Shown here one piece after another: positions 14,003-26,524 of a stretch of 64,000 nucleotides of DNA; position 1 is the first letter of the stretch; each line of letters starts with the position of its first letter. Source of the DNA: Eledone cirrhosa (lineage: Eukaryota); the NCBI GenBank assembly GCA_964016885.1, contig OZ024747.1:8122001-8186000 (forward strand), in the 5' to 3' direction. The translations under genes and the position numbers were made by a program. The notes under the pieces were generated by a model that saw nothing but the letters and a program-made list of their open reading frames with translations, had not been told where the DNA came from and did not search any database.

Positions 14003-14528
14003 CTCTGTATTGTAGAAACCAAATGTTCTGATATGTTTAAGGAACCTCCTAAAACCATTCCTAGTTTTATGTTATAATAAAAAGAATGTTTATTTTTATA
14101 TTCATTTAAATATTTTCCATGTTAATTTTATGTAAGAACCTTTGTTATGTTATGTTCCAAGCACCAGATATATAACGAGAAAGTTAGTTATTTTCCAAAC
14201 ATCAGGTGGATAATGACAAAGTTAGGTATATTACTAAATCCTGGCAATTTTTAGTTATTTTCATCATTATTCAGAAACCACAGGTATTTCTTTTCATTAA
14301 AAATACAGCAACAAAAGGGTTAAAATATTTGGTAGGGAATTTAACTTTTTTATATTAAAATTTATAAAAATTAAACACAAATTTTCTCAAATTTTAGTAA
14401 TAAAACTAATTAAAAGACTTTTTTGTTTGTTTTGTTTTTTAGAATACTTTTTTTCTGAAGTGTGAAAAACATTTTTTTTTTTGTGCAACTTTTCATGTTT
14501 TTTACTATTTCATTACAAATATACTTTC

Positions 14529-15193
14529 TAACTCTTAATATCCTGTAATGACTTAACGGTAAATATAATAAAAGTGGGATGTTGATTCAAATGTTTATAG
14601 GATCTTTATTAGTGGACAGGACACTGAAAATTTGCACCTTGTGATGGTTTAGCAGAAAAAAAATCTAAAAACGAGTTTGTTAATTCAAATTTTTGTAGTA
14701 TATTTACTAGTCGACATATTGTTGTGAAAATTTACAGTATTATCTCTTAATATCCTGTAATGATTTAGAAGAAAATATCTAAAAATAAGTTTGTTAATGC
14801 AAATGATTGTAGTATTTTTACAAGTGAACAGATCATTGTGAAAATTCAGAGTATTAATTCTTAACATCCTGTAAATAATAAGCAGAATATATCTAAAAAC
14901 AGGTTTGTTAATTCAAATATTTATAGTATCTTTACTAGTGGACAGATCATTGTGAAAACTTGCAGTATTAACTCTTAACACCCTGTAAATATTTAGCAAA
15001 AAATATCTCAAAACAGGTTTGTTAATTCAAATGTTTATAGTGCCTTTACTAGTTGACAGACCAGTGTGAAAATTTGTATTATTAAACTAAAGAGTTTAAT
15101 GTTTAATATGAGGCAGTCTTAGCACTGTTTTGTTACTTTTCAAGAATGTCATGCTAATGCAGTTACATGTGGTACAGGATTGTTAAGAGTTAA
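14529..15193 (+). mobile_element. TIR element with an internal degenerate tandem array of about 105-110 bp (relatives at 8620-8790, 30000-30300(-), 51110-51866(-))
   Basis: Ends taactcttaatatcctgta / tacaggattgttaagagttaa; repeated unit aatatctaaaaacaggtttgttaattcaaatgtttatag...actagtggacagatcattgtgaaaa. Confidence 0.65.
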
Positions 15194-15527
15194 AGTATAG
15201 TAGAGAGAAGGAGAACAAGAAAAAAAATTCTAAAGCTTACTTGTGCAGTTGTATCTGTTGTTAAGATGAACCTGTGTAGAATCCATGTGTTCAAGTGAAG
15301 AAGGCTACTGTAAGCACTGCAGTACTGTGGTGTTATGTTGATAGATAGATATATGTTGTATTTGAAAACCAATGAGAACCTGGGGAGTGTATTCTTCTCT
15401 CGTGTATCTTACTCACTCTTATCTACAGAGTCGGCGAGTGGGCAGAAGAACTATACAATTTCTCTCTGCATGTAAGTGTGAACAGATACATAGAACCGTC
15501 TACTTTCCAATATATACTGACATACAC

Positions 15528-16352
15528 GTGTGTGTGTGTGTGTGTGTGTGTGCATGAATGTGTGTGCGTGTGTGTTTGTGAATGTGTGTATGTGCATGTG
15601 CGTGTGTGTTTGTGTATGTGTGTGCATGTGTGTGCTGGTGTGTTTGTGAATGTGTACGTGTGTGTGTGTGTATGAATGTGTGTGTGTGTGTGTGTGTGTG
15701 CATGAATGTGTGTATGTGTGTGTGTATGAATGTGTGTATGTGTGTGTGTATGAATGTGTGTATGTGTGTGTGTATGAATGTGTGTATGTGTGTGTGTATG
15801 AATGTGTGTATGTGTGTGTGTATGAATGTGTGTGTGTGTGTGTGTGTGCACGTGTGTTTGTGAATGTGTATGCACGTGTGTTTGTGAATGTGTATGCGTG
15901 TGTGTGCATCTATGTGTGTGCACATGTGTTTGTGAACATGTGTATGTGTGTTCGTGAACGTGTGTATATGTGTATCTGTGTGTCAGCATCTGTATATATG
16001 TGTGAAAGCACACATATATACAGATGCATGTGTCTACTTTCCAATACATAGATATGTGTGTGTTTGTAAATGTATATATGAGTATGTATGTGTACATACA
16101 TTGTGTGTGTATGTGTGTGAATGTGTGTGTATGTTGTGTGTATATTTTATATACTCAAATAATTGTGGAAGTTGAAGCCCTGTTTTCTCTCACAACACAC
16201 ATACACACATACATACACATACATACACACATACACATACACACATGCATAGAAATATACACATAACATATATATATGTATGTATATATATACATACACA
16301 CATATATATACACATATATATATATGTATATATGTATGCATATATATATGTA

Positions 16353-16388
<36 letters not shown>

Positions 16389-17020
16389 TATATATATATA
16401 TATGTATATATGTATCCATATATATATATATAAACACACATACATATATATATACATACATATATATATAAACACACATACATATATATATATATACATA
16501 TATATATATAAACACACATACATATATATATATATACATATATATATATAAACACACATACATATATATATATATACATATATATATAAACACACATACA
16601 TATATATATACATATATATATAAACACACATACATATATATATACATATATATATATATATTAACACACATACATATATATATATATGTAGGTATGTATG
16701 TATATACATATATATACACACACACACATACATACATACATACATACATACATACATACATACATACAGAGAGGGAGGAAGAACAGGAGACCTTTAAACC
16801 GCACACATTGCTCATACAGACCCACATACATACTGATGGCCATGTGTGTGTATGTATATGTAAGTGAGGGGTGTGTGTGTATGCGAGAGAGTATATATAT
16901 AAATCAATAGAGATGTAGACCATTCAATTAAAACATCGGTAAAGTCCATTATTTTTACAGGTAACAGACGGTATTGTGAAAATAATCCTTTTTCTCTCTC
17001 TTTCTCTTTTTTCCTTTTCC

Positions 17021-17052
<32 letters not shown>

Positions 17053-17426
17053 TTCATTTTATCATTTTTTTGTTGTTGTATTCTAGCAGAAATTTCACCA
17101 GAATCTAAATATCTTCCAGAAACCTGCATCAGCATTATTTAGAAATATCTTCTTTTATTTTCATTTCAACTGATAGAATTTTTGGTGCTGTTTTTCATTC
17201 TTTCATTATTCCTTTCTGTTACATAGATTTCTTTAAATTTCTTTCTTTCGCCCAAATCTTCTTTTCTTGTATTTTTCCCCCCCTTTTATTATTTTTTCTC
17301 CAAATATACAAAATTCAACTCATTGTTTCCTTGCTATGCATAGGAATAGAATAAAATCTATTTGAAAAACCTGATTTTTCTATTATATCTATATTATATA
17401 TGTATGTGTGTATATATATATATATA

Positions 17427-17489
<63 letters not shown>

Positions 17490-17859
17490 GTCTATATATA
17501 TATATGTCTATATATATATATATATATATGTCTATATATATATATATGTCTATATATATATATATATGTCTATATATATATATATATGTCTATATATATA
17601 TATATGTCTATATATATATATATGTCTATATATATATATATGTCTATATATATATATTATATATGTATATATATGTATATATATGTTATATATATATTTG
17701 TATATGTTATATATATATGTTATATATATATATATGTATATATATGTTATATATATATATATATGTTATATATATATGTATATATATGTCATATATATAT
17801 ATGTATATATATGTTATATATATATTTGTATATGTTATATTATATATGCATATGTATAT

Positions 17860-17893
<34 letters not shown>

Positions 17894-18267
17894 ATGGTCG
17901 TCTAACCCATACTAGCGTGGAAAATGGACGTTAAACAAAGATGATGATGATGATGATATGTATATATATATTATATATATATATATATTATATATATCTA
18001 TGTATATATATATATATGTATATATATATTATATATATATATATGTATATATATTATATATATGTATATATCCATATATATATATATTATATATATATAT
18101 TATATATATATAATATATATATATATATGATGCTTTACATTTATCTTGATTCCATTTTTTTCCACAAGAATTAATATTGTTATAGTTAAGAAAATTCTTT
18201 TTCACAGCCAGAGTATTAAATATTTACTTGAATATAACGCATTTATTATATTATATTACATATATTA

Positions 18268-18300
<33 letters not shown>
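15528..18300. repeat. Compound TG/CA/TA microsatellite fields (others at 26430-26640, 32220-32880, 42818-43840; (GA)n at 12012-12077 and 62440-62650)
   Basis: Direct inspection; these are the source of the [12 protein letters not shown] pseudo-ORFs. Confidence 0.95.
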
Positions 18301-18512
18301 AGTATATATTGCCAAACTATGTTTCTTTGTTTCTTCTCATATGGTTTTCTTTTGTAATTCTTTATACAACCATACAATCTTAAATTTGTGTATACTCAGA
18401 CACACATATAATATGCGTGTGTGAATATATATATATATATATATACACATAATATGTGTGTGTATATATATATACACACATAATATGTGTGTATATATAT
18501 ATACACACCATA

Positions 18513-18554
<42 letters not shown>

Positions 18555-18620
18555 ATATGTGTATATATATATATATTTAGAAAGAGCGATGAAGTTTCGT
18601 TTATATGTTTTTATTGATTA

Positions 18621-18724
18621 TTGACCTGTTACGTACATTTCACAGATGATTGGCTCAAGGTCGCCTATGGATGCTATAGAGCCAACCCTAGCACCAATCT
18701 GCTCAACAGACTTCATGAGTCAAC
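18621..18724 (-). ncRNA. Degenerate hammerhead motif with long branched stem II
   Basis: Minus strand: CTGTTGA (core A>T), gcagat...atctgt, GAAA, tgtacg, TA. Stem I is poor near the core, with distal ttgac/gtcaa pairing. Confidence 0.45.
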
Positions 18725-19078
18725 AAAACCAAAGTATGTTTGAGGTGATTGTTAAAAACTTCATCTATACACTAAGCATTGAGTGGTCATATTGGTACTA
18801 CCACCAGCAAATCACCCAATCACCTATACTATATATATAACAAAGAGGGTGTGGTAAGATACCAGGTGGACCATAATGGTGGCTTAGTTCAGATCTAGCT
18901 GTCGAAACAGGCGAAGCTCAGCTGTCGGGGTCTTGACTCTTTTCCTATATATATATGTTGGTATTTAAACGTTAGTTATAGCTCTGGTTTATCCAAACTA
19001 TTGAGCACTTTGCCACACATTTCGAAGATTGTGTTTCGTTATTTCATGGGCCGAGGTTCCGATTCTCGATAATTTATT

Positions 19079-19114
<36 letters not shown>

Positions 19115-19117
19115 ATA

Positions 19118-19350
19118 TGCCCCCACCCCCTCCCACTGTAAAGTGGACGTGTAGGCGCCACGGAAAAAAAGCACTCAACACTCACTGTAAATGAGGTTGG
19201 TGTTAGGAAGGGCATCCAGCTGTAGAAATCAAGCCAGAATCAGTTCCTGTATGAGCAAGACAAGGTCAGCCGACTGGACACTGCCCACAACAGGACAACC
19301 AGTCTAACCCATGCTAGCGTGGAAGAATGGACGTAAAAAGATGATGATGA
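19118..19350 (+). mobile_element. 5'-truncated SINE A-related subfamily with longer RTE-like tail (second copy at 695-920)
   Basis: Shares the ggttggtgttaggaagggcatccagctgtagaa segment, then ctaacccatgctagcgtggaa...(gat)n. Confidence 0.75.
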
Positions 19351-19479
19351 TATTTATATATATAAGTAAAGAGATATTTAATTTGCTGGTAATTCAACAA
19401 ATTTATTTATAACAGGTTCGAAGCACTCGACAGGTTTCCTGGAGTATCGGGTATGTCACTATTTATAAAACAAATTTTG

Positions 19480-19544
19480 TATTTTATCTGATGAGAGCGT
19501 ACCAAAGTTTTTTTTGGTACCCTTGAAATATATATAATAAAATA
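19480..19544 (+). ncRNA. Type I minimal hammerhead ribozyme motif
   Basis: Stem I tattttat/ataaaata; CTGATGA 19488-94; stem II containing gtaccaaa/tttggtac; GAAA 19525-28; palindromic stem III tatata; AUA cleavage triplet. Confidence 0.75.
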
Positions 19545-19587
19545 AATATGGTTTTATAAATATAGTTTCCATTTATTAATATCATTG

Positions 19588-19631
<44 letters not shown>

Positions 19632-19809
19632 TTATAGCAGTAGAGGATCTACCATGAGTTTGACAATTTTGTCTAGTTACCAAAAGAGGTAACTAACCAA
19701 AACTGCTGAGCTCTCAGTATATCTTCTATTTTTACTAGTATAACCACTCTGCATCTTACCACGTATTGAGTATTTCTTTTATTTGTTGTCTTCCTGGTAT
19801 CAATACCAT

Positions 19810-19843
<34 letters not shown>

Positions 19844-20093
19844 CTTGAATGAGCCATGGTGTCCAAATCCTGATTTGAAAGACTTCGCCACTTGGTGTTG
19901 TCATGCTATGACCTGGGCCAATAATGGCTGAAACCTATCAAAGTTATATATATATATATATATATATATGAAGGAGGTGAGTTTTATTGTAGTACAATAA
20001 AGCAATGCAGATATCGGATAAGAAGCACTCTACAGTTTGTAGGACTGGAGTATGCATAATATAAGATCAAAAGATGGTTAAAGGAGTTCCATG

Positions 20094-20164
20094 TATTTTA
20101 TAATGCGCATTTCAAAAACAAACATCATCATGCAATAATATTTGTGTTTTCATCAGATAAAACA
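20094..20164 (-). ncRNA. Hammerhead ribozyme motif, mirror copy (left arm of palindrome)
   Basis: Reverse complement of 20266-20336; the cleavage triplet reads AUU in this copy. Confidence 0.65.
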
Positions 20165-20265
20165 GGAGGACATGATATGAAGGCTAAAAAACACTTGTGG
20201 ATAGTGCAGTTTTAAATCAACTGCACTATCCACAAGTGTTTTTTAGCCTTCATATCATGTTCTCC

Positions 20266-20336
20266 TGTTTTATCTGATGAAAACACAAATATTATTGCAT
20301 GATGATGTTTGTTTTTGAAATGCGCATAATAAAATA
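20266..20336 (+). ncRNA. Type I minimal hammerhead ribozyme motif (right arm of palindrome)
   Basis: Stem I tgttttat/ataaaata; CTGATGA 20274-80; long stem II; GAAA 20317-20; palindromic stem III tgcgca; AUA triplet. Confidence 0.78.
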
Positions 20337-20460
20337 TATGGAACTCCTTTAACCATCTTTTGATCTTATATTATGCATACTCCAGTCCTACAAACTGTAG
20401 AGTGCTTCTTATCCGATATCTGCATTGCTTTATTGTACTACAATAAAACTCACCTCCTAC

Positions 20461-20512
<52 letters not shown>

Positions 20513-20624
20513 AATTAAAATACTAGAGTGCGTTGGAATAAAACACACTCGTCGTATTGTAGAAATGACAGTATAAGATATAGCTCAATGTAATACAACA
20601 GAGCCGAAAAATGCTTCTTGTCAA

Positions 20625-20679
20625 TTTACTTGCCCTGATGAGTCCTTATTAATGGGACGAAACATTGTAGGCTAATAAA
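20625..20679 (+). ncRNA. Type I hammerhead ribozyme motif with fully canonical core
   Basis: gcc-CTGATGA-gtcct(tattaat)gggac-GAAA-c(att)GTA-ggc. G10.1-C11.1 pair, GUA cleavage site, stem I gcc/ggc extended by ttta/taaa. Confidence 0.85.
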
Positions 20680-20729
20680 GACTTTTGATGTATTGAAGGC
20701 TTCTTTGTTTATTTTTATAATTTTTATAA

Positions 20730-20790
20730 TATATATATATATATATATTTGAAAGCAGCCTGGGCCAATAATGGCTGAAACCTATCAAAG

Positions 20791-20836
<46 letters not shown>

Positions 20837-20897
20837 CTTTGATAGGTTTCAGCCATTATTGGCCCAGGCTGCTTTCAAATATATATATATATATATA
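20730..20897. repeat. Palindrome with 46-bp unique arms around a (TA)n centre
   Basis: tttgaaagcagcctgggccaataatggctgaaacctatcaaagtta at 20748-20793 is inverted at 20834-20879; a third partial copy lies at 19912-19945. Confidence 0.85.
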
Positions 20898-21995
20898 TGT
20901 ATATATATTTGAAAGCAGGTGGTTTATTGGTCAGAGTGTTCAGCTCACAACTGTAAAGCTGTTTGATTCTCAGCTCATCATGTCCTTGAGCAAGATACTT
21001 TACTTCACATTGTTCCAGTCCATTCAGCTAGTAAACATGAGTTGCACCTGTAATTCAAGGAGCCAGCCTTGTTACATATTATATCCCGCTGAATCTCTCT
21101 GAAAGCTATGTTAAGGGTTTACCTGCCTGAGCTATGCTCTGACACTTGCATGAGCTAGGAGTTCTGTTGATTGAAGGAACTGGAGAACTCGCTTTTGAAA
21201 ATGACAAAGATTCAATACACAGAAACATATGTAACACCCACTCACACACACATCAAAGAACATTTGAAGCTTGATGCAGTTACACCCCTCCCCCCTCCCA
21301 CCAAAATAGATACAAATGCTTCAAGACAGGTGTATAATCTTTACTGTATAAGTAATTAAACTTTGTGTAAACAAATCTGATATTTGCAGAACACATAAAC
21401 AATGGTTTCTGATTTAGGCACAAGGCCAACAATTTTTGGGGGAGGGGAAAAAGTCGATTAAATTAACCCCAGTGCATTACTGGTACATTATTTTATCAGC
21501 CCTCATAAGGATGAAAGGCAAAGCTATCCTTGGTGGGATTTGAACTCAGAACATAAAGTGATGTAACTATATGCTACAAAGCATGTTGTCTGATGCTCTA
21601 CTGGTTCTGCCTTTCCGCTGCAGAGTACATAAATAATTGTTTCTACTTTTGGCAATTATCCCAGTGCATTACTGGTACTTTACTTTATCGACCCCGTAAG
21701 GATGAAAGGCAAAGTTAACCTCGACAGGATTTCAACTCAGACCATGATAGATAGAAAACCAAAATGAAGAAATATATTTTCTTACACATGTTTCAAGGAT
21801 GAAAAAAGGAAATGTTGACAAACTTGCTCAAGCTCCATTACTAATATACAGAGATTTTTCTATATGTTATAATCTGAGCATTGACTTTAATCAGCCCTTA
21901 ACCATTCACTTCACTCAATCCTATATCTTCAGAAACTTAATAAAATATACAAAAATATATAGAAACAAACTATTTCAAGAAAAAAAAATCATCCA

Positions 21996-22196
21996 TACTA
22001 GGGTTATTGAAAAGTTCATAGGCTGACCAAGATACTCTCATGGAATGGCCAAATGAGGTTTATTTTTCAACATAGTCCCTGGAAAAAAACAATGCCGTTA
22101 ATAATAATAAGAGTTGAAATTAATGCATGCCAGATTCCACAGCACTAGCATAACTCCTTCATAGTCGGCGTATGAACTTTCCAACTGACCTTCGTA
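21996..22196. mobile_element. Mariner-derived MITE (about 200 bp)
   Basis: Imperfect TIRs of about 32 bp: tactagggttattgaaaagttcataggctgac / gtcggcgtatgaactttccaactgaccttcgta. Internal GDYVEK* remnant on the minus strand. Confidence 0.7.
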
Positions 22197-22416
22197 TATC
22201 ATAAGAGTTTTATGATAATTGGAAAGTAACATATTTCAAATAGCCATTATAACCAGATGCTTGGTTTAAATCACAATAATTTGTAATTAACTAAGTAATC
22301 ACAATAATTTATAATTAACTAAGTAAATGTACAAATTGAAAGAAAAAGAGAGAATGTATAATGTTATACATAATATGATAAACATGCTTGTTAGTAAGAT
22401 TAAGGAATTAAAATAT

Positions 22417-22671
22417 ACTAATTAAATAATAATATTAGAGATTACAAATTGAGGTGTAATAAAATATATATTTTAATGGATCTATAGATAAAGGTGGGCT
22501 TGAAACTAATTAAATAATATCAGAGATTATTTACAGAGGTTTAATAAAATATATATTTTAATGTCTATAGGTAAAGGTAGGGTTGAAACTAATTAAATAA
22601 TATCAAAGATTATTTACAGAGGAGTAATAAAATATATATTTTAATGGTTATAGGTAAAGGTGGGCTTGAAA
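22417..22671 (+). repeat. Degenerate tandem repeat of about 80-88 bp, 3 copies
   Basis: Recurrent actaattaaataat..agatta..gagg..taataaaatatatattttaatg..taaaggtRgg.ttgaa. Confidence 0.8.
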
Positions 22672-23089
22672 CACTCAACTAAGACTTAAAATTTGTAAAC
22701 AATATGTGGAATATCATCATTCATTACAGAAATTACTAAGGAACTTTAGATAAAGATTGTAGAGAAATTATTGTTTATCTACATTTATTATATTTTAATT
22801 ACAATTATTTTATGTAGGAATTAAATTTTTAAAGATTACAATAAAATTAAATATTTATTGACATAAATTAGGAAATTATCCTGATTTGAATTTACAATTA
22901 AGGTCATATTTTATGGTGATCTACTCTAGTATAGTATGTCCTTTGTCAACTCTGTTTTGAGATTTAGATTTTTAAGGTCAGTCTTCACCCAAGGTTGATG
23001 TGGGTGCTTTGAGATCAACTGATAAGAGGCTGGAACTTTCTGTAAAATTTGACTCATCCCTCGACTCTTCAGATTTCTGATGATATTGA

Positions 23090-25825
23090 GATTTCCCGGA
23101 AAGCACTCAAAGGAGCTGTTTATGGTTTTTGTTGATTTGATCAAAGCGTATGACTCCTTGCCAATTACAAATCTCTCTGGAGAATCCTTAAAAAGCTTGG
23201 CACACCTGACAATATGCTGAATATCATCATGTCTTTTCATGGAGACATGAAAACATCAATTATGTCATATGATGAATGGTCTGAATCCTTTGATGTTACA
23301 AACAATACGAAGCAGGGTTGTATCATGGACCCTGTTCTCTTCGCTTTGATTTTCTCTGTAATGCTCCAGTATGTATTTCTGACAAAATTAGACACTGGTG
23401 TCATATTTCAATTTCATACATCAGGTGGGTTATTCAACTATCAGTGCTTGCCTGTAAGGTGTTTGGTTTAACAATCAGTATTAAGAAGACTGAGGTGGTA
23501 CATCAACTTCTCACTTGCTTGTAAGGTGTTTGGTTTAACAATCAGTATTAAGAAGACTGAGGCAGTACATCAACTTCTCACTTGCCTGTAAGGTGTTTGG
23601 TTTAACAATCAGTATTAAGAAGACTGAGGCAGTACATCAACTTCTCACTTGCCTGTAAGGTGTTTGGTTTAACAATCAGTATTAAGAAGACTGAGGCGGT
23701 ACATCAACTTCTCACTTGCCTGTAAGGTGTTTGGTTTAACAATCAGTATTAAGAAGACTGAGGCGGTACATCAACTTCTCACTTGCTTGTAAGGTGTTTG
23801 GTTTAACAATCAGTATTAAGAAGACTGAGGCAGTACATCAACTTCTCACTTGCTTGTAAGGTGTTTGGTTTAACAATCAGTATTAAGAAGACTGAGGCAG
23901 TACATCAACTTCTCACTTGCTTGTAAGGTGTTTGGTTTAACAATCAGTATTAAGAAGACTGAGGCGGTACATCAACTTCTCACTTGCTTGTAAGGTGTTT
24001 GGTTTAACAATCAGTATTAAGAAGACTGAGGCAGTACATCAACTTCTCACTTGCTTGTAAGGTGTTTGGTTTAACAATCAGTATTAAGAAGACTGAGGCA
24101 GTACATCAACTTCTCACTTGCTTGTAAGGTGTTTGGTTTAACAATCAGTATTAAGAAGACTGAGGCGGTACATCAACTTCTCACTTGCTTGTAAGGTGTT
24201 TGGTTTAACAATCAGTATTAAGAAGACTGAGGCAGTACATCAACTTCTCACTTGCTTGTAAGGTGTTTGGTTTAACAATCAGTATTAAGAAGACTGAGGC
24301 AGTACATCAACTTCTCACTTGCTTGTAAGGTGTTTGGTTTAACAATCAGTATTAAGAAGACTGAGGTGGTACATCAACTTCTCACTTGCCTGTAAGGTGT
24401 TTGGTTTAACAATCAGTATTAAGAAGACTGAGGCGGTACATCAACTTCTCACTTGCCTGTAAGGTGTTTGGTTTAACAATCAGTATTAAGAAGACTGAGG
24501 TGGTACATCAACTTCTCACTTGCCTGTAAGGTGTTTGGTTTAACAATCAGTATTAAGAAGACTGAGGCGGTACATCAACTTCTCACTTGCCTGTAAGGTG
24601 TTTGGTTTAACAATCAGTATTAAGAAGACTGAGGCGGTACATCAACTTCTCACTTGCCTGTAAGGTGTTTGGTTTAACAATCAGTATTAAGAAGACTGAG
24701 GCAGTACATCAACTTCTCACTTGCCTGTAAGGTGTTTGGTTTAACAATCAGTATTAAGAAGACTGAGGCAGTACATCAACTTCTCACTTGCCTGTAAGGT
24801 GTTTGGTTTAACAATCAGTATTAAGAAGACTGAGGCAGTACATCAACTTCTCACTTGCTTGTAAGGTGTTTGGTTTAACAATCAGTATTAAGAAGACTGA
24901 GGCGGTACATCAACTTCTCACTTGCCTGTAAGGTGTTTGGTTTAACAATCAGTATTAAGAAGACTGAGGCAGTACATCAACTTCTCACTTGCTTGTAAGG
25001 TGTTTGGTTTAACAATCAGTATTAAGAAGACTGAGGCAGTACATCAACTTCTCACTTGCCTGTAAGGTGTTTGGTTTAACAATCAGTATTAAGAAGACTG
25101 AGGCAGTACATCAACTTCTCACTTGCCTGTAAGGTGTTTGGTTTAACAATCAGTATTAAGAAGACTGAGGCAGTACATCAACTTCTCACTTGCCTGTAAG
25201 GTGTTTGGTTTAACAATCAGTATTAAGAAGACTGAGGCAGTACATCAACTTCTCACTTGCCTGTAAGGTGTTTGGTTTAACAATCAGTATTAAGAAGACT
25301 GAGGCAGTACATCAACTTCTCACTTGCCTGTAAGGTGTTTGGTTTAACAATCAGTATTAAGAAGACTGAGGCAGTACATCAACTTCTCACTTGCCTGTAA
25401 GGTGTTTGGTTTAACAATCAGTATTAAGAAGACTGAGGCAGTACATCAACTTCTCACTTGCCTGTAAGGTGTTTGGTTTAACAATCAGTATTAAGAAGAC
25501 TGAGGCAGTACATCAACTTCTCACTTGCTTGTAAGGTGTTTGGTTTAACAATCAGTATTAAGAAGACTGAGGCGGTACATCAACCGAAGTCTCCCCACAA
25601 CAAGTAAAAGATGTTGAGCAGGAATAGCTGGAGCACGGCATCCCATATTTTTATCACTTTTGATAGTAAGGATCTGAAGTATGTGAACTCCTTTACTTAC
25701 CTTGGCAGTAAGGTGAATCCCTCTGCATCCCTAGATGATGAGATCATCAATCATATCTCCAAATCAACTTATGCCTTAGGCAAACTACATCATCATCTGT
25801 GGGATGTCAGAGAGATATCCCTAGC
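23090..25825 (+). mobile_element. RTE-clade LINE reverse transcriptase remnant interrupted by a 67-bp minisatellite
   Basis: Frame fragments LFMVFVDLIKAYDS, TKQGCIMDPVLF, GGLFN, ACKVFGLTISIKKTEV and FTYLGS..SLDDEI..ISK...LGKL...LW; the YADD region is missing. Confidence 0.88.
23447..25585 (+). repeat. 67-bp minisatellite, about 32 near-identical copies
   Basis: Unit cttgcYtgtaaggtgtttggtttaacaatcagtattaagaagactgaggYRgtacatcaacttctca; period 67 (23461 to 23528). Confidence 0.97.
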
Positions 25826-25887
25826 TCTACCATTGTATTTTCTATTTACATTGTACTGGATTTCCCAATATACCTTTAACAATATAT

Positions 25888-25934
<47 letters not shown>

Positions 25935-26032
25935 TTGTATAAGATGTTCTATATGTATTTGCTTCTCTGAAAGAGATTATTTTAGCGACCCCTTTTCATT
26001 GAGATGTTATTTACATTCGTGGCAAATTTACT

Positions 26033-26064
<32 letters not shown>

Positions 26065-26170
26065 TATATATATATAGTAATAATAATAAATTTGAAGACG
26101 AAAATCCAAAGAAGATCCCGTTAAGGGTGAAAGCAGCAATTTTTTGCTTAAACTTTAATCTGTTATTTTA

Positions 26171-26213
<43 letters not shown>

Positions 26214-26227
26214 GTATTATCGAAGTT

Positions 26228-26416
26228 TTAAAATGTGAGAATTGCAAACATAGAAAATAGTGTTAAGAACAGTTGACTGCTATAACCAATAGCTTAGAAA
26301 ATTGGGTAAAATAGGTTTTCCATCTCTAGGGGTATTTTACCCAATTTTCTAAGGTATTATTTATAGCACTTGACTGTTGTTAAAGTTATTTTCTGCATTT
26401 AGGATCTCCACATTTT
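26228..26416. repeat. Older imperfect inverted repeat (arms about 85 bp) between TA tracts
   Basis: Core cttagaaaattgggtaaaata / tattttacccaattttctaag, with decaying complementarity out to aaaatgtg/cacatttt. Confidence 0.7.
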
Positions 26417-26492
26417 CAAATATATTTGCGTGTATATATATATATAAAAACACATCACAGATTTAAGTGATATAAATTTTGATGTGTATTTG

Positions 26493-26524
<32 letters not shown>

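Larger units (their letters stand above)
19968..20462. mobile_element. Fold-back palindrome (244-bp arms, 7-nt loop) with divergent hammerheads; putative Penelope-like pLTR remnant in (TA)n
   Basis: Arms 19968-20211 and 20219-20462 are reverse complements with about 4 mismatches; (TA)n tracts on both sides. Confidence 0.85.

Noticed and set aside
23447-25585. CRISPR-like array (also considered for 4286-4966 and 10195-11448)
   Set aside because: Head-to-tail repeats with no unique spacers, no cas genes and a eukaryotic context; the 67-bp unit is LINE-derived.
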